The translations under genes and the position numbers were made by a program. From SAR202 cluster bacterium (GTDB lineage Bacteria > Chloroflexota > Dehalococcoidia > Lucifugimonadales > UBA6952): 64,000 nucleotides of DNA. The stretch is from contig VFGE01000030.1 in the NCBI GenBank assembly GCA_009392515.1, forward strand, positions 1,633 through 65,632, in the 5' to 3' direction. Below are positions 58,805-64,000 of this stretch, piece after piece. Positions within the stretch are counted from its first letter, which is position 1, and each line of letters begins with the position of its first letter. The notes beneath the pieces are model-generated. The model was not told the DNA's origin, did not search any database, and saw only the letters and a list, made by a program, of their open reading frames with translations.

Positions 58805-59002
58805 ATGCCTAAAATGAAAACCCATAAGGGGACTAAAGCAAGATTTCGTTTTTCTGCAAATGGAAAACCACTTAGAATGAAAGGTGGTAGTAGTCATTTA
58901 AGAAGAAAAAAATCTAAGCGTGCGAAAAGAATGTATGATGATGTTTTGTCCGTGAGTAAAGCAGACGCACCTAAATTAAAACGCTTATTACCATACGGAT
59001 AA
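58805..59002 (+). CDS. rpmI: 50S ribosomal protein L35
   Basis: MPKMKTHKG..RF, HLRRKKS, LLPYG. Confidence 0.97.
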   Translation: MPKMKTHKGTKARFRFSANGKPLRMKGGSSHLRRKKSKRAKRMYDDVLSVSKADAPKLKRLLPYG

Positions 59003-59019
59003 GTTAAAAAGGAGAAATC

Positions 59020-59385
59020 GTGGCCAGAGTAAAACGAGGCGTAACTAAACAAAAAAGACACTCAAAAGTGCTTAATTTAACAAAAGGACATAAAGGTGTA
59101 AGGCATCGCTTATATAAAAGAGCTCATGAATCCCTAGTTCATGCCTTATCATATGCATATGCTCATAGAAGAGAGCGAAAGGGTGATTTTAGGCGTTTAT
59201 GGATCACTAGGATTAATGCTGCAGCAAAGTTGAATGGCATTAGTTATAGTAAATTCATTAATATGTGTAAAATTGCTGATTTTGATGTTGATAGAAAGAT
59301 ACTAGCAGAAATAGCTGTAAGCGATCCCCAAGCGTTTGCATCGATCGTGGAGCACGTAAGTACTACATCTTCTAAAGCTAGCTAA
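59020..59385 (+). CDS. rplT: 50S ribosomal protein L20
   Basis: MARVKRG, FRRLWITRINAAA, DRKILAEIAV. Confidence 0.98.
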   Translation: MARVKRGVTKQKRHSKVLNLTKGHKGVRHRLYKRAHESLVHALSYAYAHRRERKGDFRRLWITRINAAAKLNGISYSKFINMCKIADFDVDRKILAEIAVSDPQAFASIVEHVSTTSSKAS

Positions 59386-59391
59386 AACCTT

Positions 59392-60129
59392 TTAAAAATA
59401 GGTCTGTATCATATATGTCGCCATGCTAATCATGATTAAGTTTTCTATGAGAGTCAATGAAGAGAGTGGAAGACTAATTGCAGAGCCCATACATGCACAT
59501 TGAATTTGTTCAGAACTTCGCAGTGAGTTATAGACCCCTATAGATTGGGATATCATAAAAATCAATGTAAATATCATTGCATACATTAATAATGATTCTG
59601 TTAAGAAAGCTATTGCAAGGGCTAATTCAATATATGGATATATTGTTGAGAATACAGGGATTTTCTTGGAAATCAAGTCATATTTTCTAAACGTCATACT
59701 AAAACCGCTTACATTTAGTAGCTTTAAAAATGAGAAGAGCATAAAAAAAAGACCCATGTATGTCATAAACCATTTATTTATATCAAATGTATTAGTAGGT
59801 ACTTGTAAAGCCAGTGATGATATAGTAACTAAAGATAGTGCAATAACAATGGGTTTTTTAGAAACAAAATATTCTACAATGTTAGATATTAAACTGGGGT
59901 TATTATCCCTAATTCTGTAGTCACCTAGATTTGTTACTACCGAGTTTATATGGTTTATTTCGAAAATTGTGTCCGATTGAATTCTCAATTCTTTTTTCTC
60001 TAACGAGACATGAGCCAATAAAACACCTAAATTTGTTTTTATACCAGCCTCAATAGTGTCAGCACAGGCCTGACATGTCATACCTTCTACTTTGTATACA
60101 GTTTCATATGTAGTTAATAGCGACTTCAT
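59392..60129 (-). CDS. HMA (GMTCxxC) domain fused to MauE/DoxX-like membrane domain
   Basis: VEGMTCQAC; FSFLKLL, YPYIEL, CACMG. Confidence 0.82.
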   Translation of the reverse strand: MKSLLTTYETVYKVEGMTCQACADTIEAGIKTNLGVLLAHVSLEKKELRIQSDTIFEINHINSVVTNLGDYRIRDNNPSLISNIVEYFVSKKPIVIALSLVTISSLALQVPTNTFDINKWFMTYMGLFFMLFSFLKLLNVSGFSMTFRKYDLISKKIPVFSTIYPYIELALAIAFLTESLLMYAMIFTLIFMISQSIGVYNSLRSSEQIQCACMGSAISLPLSSLTLIENLIMISMATYMIQTYF

Positions 60130-60142
60130 TTGATTACAACAG

Positions 60143-60598
60143 CTAATTCAATGAGAGTGTAGTTTCAGTGGTAACCTGGTGTTTCTTTGTTCTGTTTCTT
60201 ATAACCTCTCGTATTCCATAATACATGTCATTAGTCAACATTCGGTAGAGTTTAGCAGGAGTGGGTAGCCACATATTGTTTGGATCGACCCATCTATCTT
60301 GGAGTGTTTCATATATATGAGAGATAGTAGTAGGCTTATTGCCATTACATATAAGAATACGGAAAATTGCTTCCATAGCAGGCATATGTGATTGTATGAA
60401 ATTTTCACTAGAAGAACAGCAATTATTTATTTGTTCTAGAGCATTTGAATCATCTTTGTTTGTGCATTTTTCACAAGCTCTTTGAGAAACCATTCTGTTG
60501 AGTTCTCGATTTAACTCATTTAATGCTTGATCTGAAATTTTAAATTTCATTTTTGCGTATACAGTTTCTTCTTGGTATTTAACTCTTGTTCTAACCAT
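60143..60598 (-). CDS. Hypothetical Cys-containing soluble protein
   Basis: CEKC, NCCS, EAIFRILICNGNKP, YYGIR; co-oriented and tightly spaced within the pheT-moeA run. Confidence 0.7.
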   Translation of the reverse strand: MVRTRVKYQEETVYAKMKFKISDQALNELNRELNRMVSQRACEKCTNKDDSNALEQINNCCSSSENFIQSHMPAMEAIFRILICNGNKPTTISHIYETLQDRWVDPNNMWLPTPAKLYRMLTNDMYYGIREVIRNRTKKHQVTTETTLSLN

Positions 60599-60624
60599 TT
60601 CAGTCCCCCCATATCTTAAATTTG

Positions 60625-61917
60625 CTACAAGTCATCAACATGCCAATCTATCATTTGTACTTCAATTGTTTGTCCAGATTTAATTTCTAATATATTCTCA
60701 GGACATATGGCTAAGCCATTGGCTTTTGCCATAGAAGTAAGGACATGAGATCCTTGGTTTCCGGTTGCCTCTGCATAATAATCGACTCCTTCTTTTTTTA
60801 CAAGAACCCTAATGTACATTCTTCTACCATCTTCATTTTTTATTGTGTTTTTTAAAATTGCTTGTATGGATGGTTTATTTAATTTTGTATATCCTTTGAG
60901 TTTCAATATTGAAGGTCGTACAAATTGTTCAAATGCCACCATTGCACTTACTGGATTGCCAGGTAGTCCTAGCAAAGGTAATTTTGTAGTTTTCGATTTA
61001 TTGATCCAGCCGAACGCAATTGGTTTTGCTGGTTTCATATTGACCGACCAAAATTCGATATTTCCTCTTTGGCTTAATATGTTTTTGACAATATCGTAGT
61101 CACCTTTTGAAACACCAGCAGATGTGACGAGAATATCGTATTCTAAAGCCTTATCAAGGAGTGCATTTAATGATTCTTCATTATCTCTAGCTATTCCAAT
61201 AATAATCGGAATTCCTCCATATTTTTCGACAGATGTTGCTATACTGTATGTATTGGCGTCATAAATTTTACCTAGTTCTATAGGTTCACCAATATCTGTT
61301 AGCTCATTACCAGTAGATATTATTGCAATTTTCGGTTTTCGAATAACTGGGATATCTTTAAATCCAAGTGTTGCCAAAACTCCAATTTCACTTGGTCTGA
61401 GAATTGTTCCTTTTGTAAATATATTATCTCCTGATTTAATATCCTCACCACAAAATCGAATATAATCGTTTTCTTTGACAGGTTTTAAAATACTTATTGT
61501 GTTTAATTGTTGATGAGTGTTTTTTTGTTGTGTTTCGTTTGTCTGCTCAAATGGAACAACTGCATTGGCCCCGTCTGGTATAGGTGCTCCAGTCATTATT
61601 CTTATTGCAGTATTGTGAGAGACTTTCGAGTTAGGCATATCACCTGCATATACTGAATCAATAACATTTAGGTTTACTGGATTAACGTCGCTTGCACCAT
61701 TGGTATCACTGGCTATAACTGCAAACCCGTCCATTGCAGAATTATTCCATGGAGGTACATTAATGATTGATGAAATATCCTCAGATAATACATGGCCCAA
61801 GGATTTTGAAATTGGTAAATGCTCAGAATTCAAAACAGACATCATTTCAAGTATATTGTTTCTTGCTTCTTCAACAGATAACATATTTTCAGAAAAATTT
61901 GGATTATTAGTAGTCAT
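60625..61917 (-). CDS. moeA: Molybdopterin molybdotransferase MoeA/Glp
   Basis: SAMDGFAV, IMTGAP, STGNEL, SAGVSKG, PGNPVSA. Confidence 0.96.
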   Translation of the reverse strand: MTTNNPNFSENMLSVEEARNNILEMMSVLNSEHLPISKSLGHVLSEDISSIINVPPWNNSAMDGFAVIASDTNGASDVNPVNLNVIDSVYAGDMPNSKVSHNTAIRIMTGAPIPDGANAVVPFEQTNETQQKNTHQQLNTISILKPVKENDYIRFCGEDIKSGDNIFTKGTILRPSEIGVLATLGFKDIPVIRKPKIAIISTGNELTDIGEPIELGKIYDANTYSIATSVEKYGGIPIIIGIARDNEESLNALLDKALEYDILVTSAGVSKGDYDIVKNILSQRGNIEFWSVNMKPAKPIAFGWINKSKTTKLPLLGLPGNPVSAMVAFEQFVRPSILKLKGYTKLNKPSIQAILKNTIKNEDGRRMYIRVLVKKEGVDYYAEATGNQGSHVLTSMAKANGLAICPENILEIKSGQTIEVQMIDWHVDDL

Positions 61918-61919
61918 AG

Positions 61920-64000
61920 TTAACTTGATTCTCTAATTGTTGCTCCCGTAGTATGTCGCAATTTATTAAGTATTTTATTAACGCTTTCATTTATTTCATC
62001 AGAAGTAAGGGTATGATCTGGATCATAAAAATGAATTCTAAATGCAAGAGACCTATGATCGTCTGGTAAAGAATTCCCTGTAAATTCGTCAAATAAGTCT
62101 GCGTTTATAACAAGTTTATGATCTTTGATAATTTTTAATAAATTAGCAGCAGTTATTTCTTTGTTAACGATAAGTGCAATATCTCTGTAAGAAATTGGGA
62201 ATCGTGGTAGTTTAGTAAACAGTCGAGATGTATTTTTTGTTAATGATAGTAGCTTATGTAAATTTAATTCAAACATTATTACAGGTTTAGTATTTATTCC
62301 AAAGTTTTTGGCAATTTCATTTTTTACCTGTCCTACTACACCTATTTCTATACCCTGAACAACGATGGCTGAAGATATGTCATTTTCGAATAATATATCA
62401 GTTTTTGGTGTAAATATACTTTCAAGTTTAAGTTCTTTCAAAACTGAGGTGATGACACCTGTGGCATCAAAAAAATTCATAGAGTCCTGATTATTAGTCC
62501 AATTAATTTGAGATCTGTTGCCGCAAAAACCGCCCAGAGCAACCCGAACTTCTTCAGGCAAATCGCTATCTTTTGGAATATATTGTTTTCCGACTTCAAA
62601 TAATTTTAGGTTATCGGCGCCAAATCTAACATTGTGTGCTATCGTCTCAAGCATTCCAACTCTAAGGTTTGTACGCAGGTACTCTCTAAAACCTAATGTG
62701 TCAGAAATATTTGAATAAGTAAAGTCATCAGGTTTTTGACTCATCGGGTTAGAAAGTTTCATTGGCTCTATATCTTTTTTATTTTCAACAAATGACAATG
62801 CTTCTTTGCTTGTTAAAGGGTATGTAATAATTTCTTGCATACCTGATAATACGAATAGATCTTGTAGTTTAAGGGATAAATTGCGTTCTGGTTGTTCTTC
62901 TCTCGGTGGAATAGGTTGGGAAATATATTTGGTAGGTATGATTTCATAGCCCTGTATTCTTGCTAATTCCTCAATTAAATCTTCTACAATGTTAATATCA
63001 CTTCTCCAGTACGGTTGGGTAATTTCTAAAGTTGTTTTATTTATTTCTTTTGATTTAATACCCAGTGAGGTGAAAATTTTCTTCATTTGGTTTAAAGTAA
63101 ATTTTGTCCCTAACACTTCAGCTACTTTTTTTGTAGTTATTGTTATAGATTGACTAGTACTTTTGTTTGGATAAACATCAATGATGTTTTTACAAACTGA
63201 CCCTTTAGTAATTTGCTGGATTAAATGTATAGCTCTTTTTTGTCCCATCATTGCTAATTCAGGATTAAGATGTCTTTCAAACCTATGAGAAGCTTCGGTT
63301 CTCATTTTTAATTCTGTTCGAGTCTTTCGAATATTTGCCGGAAGAAAACTAGCAGACTCTAATAGAATGGTTGTAGTTTTATCTGTAACTTCAGAGTCTA
63401 ATCCGCCCATAATACCTGCTAGTCCTATAGGTTTGTTTTCATCTGCAATTACTAACATATCGTTCGTTAAAGTTCGTTTTTCTTCGTCTAAAGTTACAAG
63501 AATTTCTTTATCTTTAGCTCTTCGTATTTTTATAGTAGAGTTTTGTATTTTTGTAAGATCAAAAGCGTGTAATGGTTGTCCAATTTCTAACATTACGTAA
63601 TTTGTTATATCTACCACATTGTTTATAGGTCTTTGACCTGCATTGATAAGCTTTTCTTTTAGCCATTCTGGGGATTCTTCTATTTGTATTCCAGAAATGA
63701 TTGAAGCAGTATATCTTCCACAAAGATCAGGATCTTCTATTTCAACAGATGCTTTTGTATTTGTGTTTTCATCCGATTCTATGTATTGAAGTGAAGGTTC
63801 TTTTATATTTGAATCATTTAATGCAGCAATTTCTCTAGCTACACCAAGTACTGAAAGCCAATCTGGTCTATTAGGGGTAGGTTCAGTTTCTAATATTACT
63901 TGCCCTAATATAGATTCTAATTTAGTACCTTTCGGTACTTTTGGGGGTAATACAAGTATTCCATCGTGGTTGTCGCCAATTCCAAGTTCTTTTTCTGAAC
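61920..64000 (-). CDS. pheT: Phenylalanine--tRNA ligase beta subunit (5' end beyond window)
   Basis: Frame open to the edge (SEKELGIG...TPNRPDWLS); VDITNYVMLEIGQPLHAFD, DLIEELARI, RDIAL FDX-ACB domain. Confidence 0.97.
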   Translation of the reverse strand, partial: SEKELGIGDNHDGILVLPPKVPKGTKLESILGQVILETEPTPNRPDWLSVLGVAREIAALNDSNIKEPSLQYIESDENTNTKASVEIEDPDLCGRYTASIISGIQIEESPEWLKEKLINAGQRPINNVVDITNYVMLEIGQPLHAFDLTKIQNSTIKIRRAKDKEILVTLDEEKRTLTNDMLVIADENKPIGLAGIMGGLDSEVTDKTTTILLESASFLPANIRKTRTELKMRTEASHRFERHLNPELAMMGQKRAIHLIQQITKGSVCKNIIDVYPNKSTSQSITITTKKVAEVLGTKFTLNQMKKIFTSLGIKSKEINKTTLEITQPYWRSDINIVEDLIEELARIQGYEIIPTKYISQPIPPREEQPERNLSLKLQDLFVLSGMQEIITYPLTSKEALSFVENKKDIEPMKLSNPMSQKPDDFTYSNISDTLGFREYLRTNLRVGMLETIAHNVRFGADNLKLFEVGKQYIPKDSDLPEEVRVALGGFCGNRSQINWTNNQDSMNFFDATGVITSVLKELKLESIFTPKTDILFENDISSAIVVQGIEIGVVGQVKNEIAKNFGINTKPVIMFELNLHKLLSLTKNTSRLFTKLPRFPISYRDIALIVNKEITAANLLKIIKDHKLVINADLFDEFTGNSLPDDHRSLAFRIHFYDPDHTLTSDEINESVNKILNKLRHTTGATIRESS

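Overview
AT-rich bacterial chromosomal segment with no integrase, transposase, CRISPR array or rRNA. Gene content (GuaB3-type IMPDH, bifunctional PGI/PMI-PMM-metK-ahcY cluster, thiolase/DUF35 pairs, CapA-like and MFS genes) suggests a streamlined Chloroflexota/Dehalococcoidia, probably a marine SAR202-like lineage; this is inference, not a database result. Layout: (1) 1-11047, spc/alpha ribosomal superoperon from the rplX tail to rpsI, including rpmJ, which the ORF track missed; (2) 11072-18915, minus-strand block of Zn-ADH, MtnA-like protein, rhodanese, histone-H1-like protein, ahcY, metK, PMM and PGI/PMI; (3) groES-groEL, a thiolase-like/DUF35 pair and rpsP-khpA-rimM; (4) about 24-47.7 kb, accessory transport and catabolic genes around tRNA-Arg(CCT); (5) P1 peptidase-panC-surE, guaB3, mazG, fabF, folC, thrS-infC-rpmI-rplT, HMA-MauE, moeA and partial pheT. 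Best leads: a candidate two-state transcription attenuator (promoter, alternative helices, U7 terminator) ahead of a ThnT/DmpA-like hydrolase-panC-surE block, possibly CoA/pantothenate-responsive; an intact MtnA/eIF2B-family protein with its catalytic and phosphate-binding residues replaced; a Lys/Thr-repeat histone-H1-like protein; a zinc-free long S14 in the core operon; and probable AUA starts for infC and an MFS gene.
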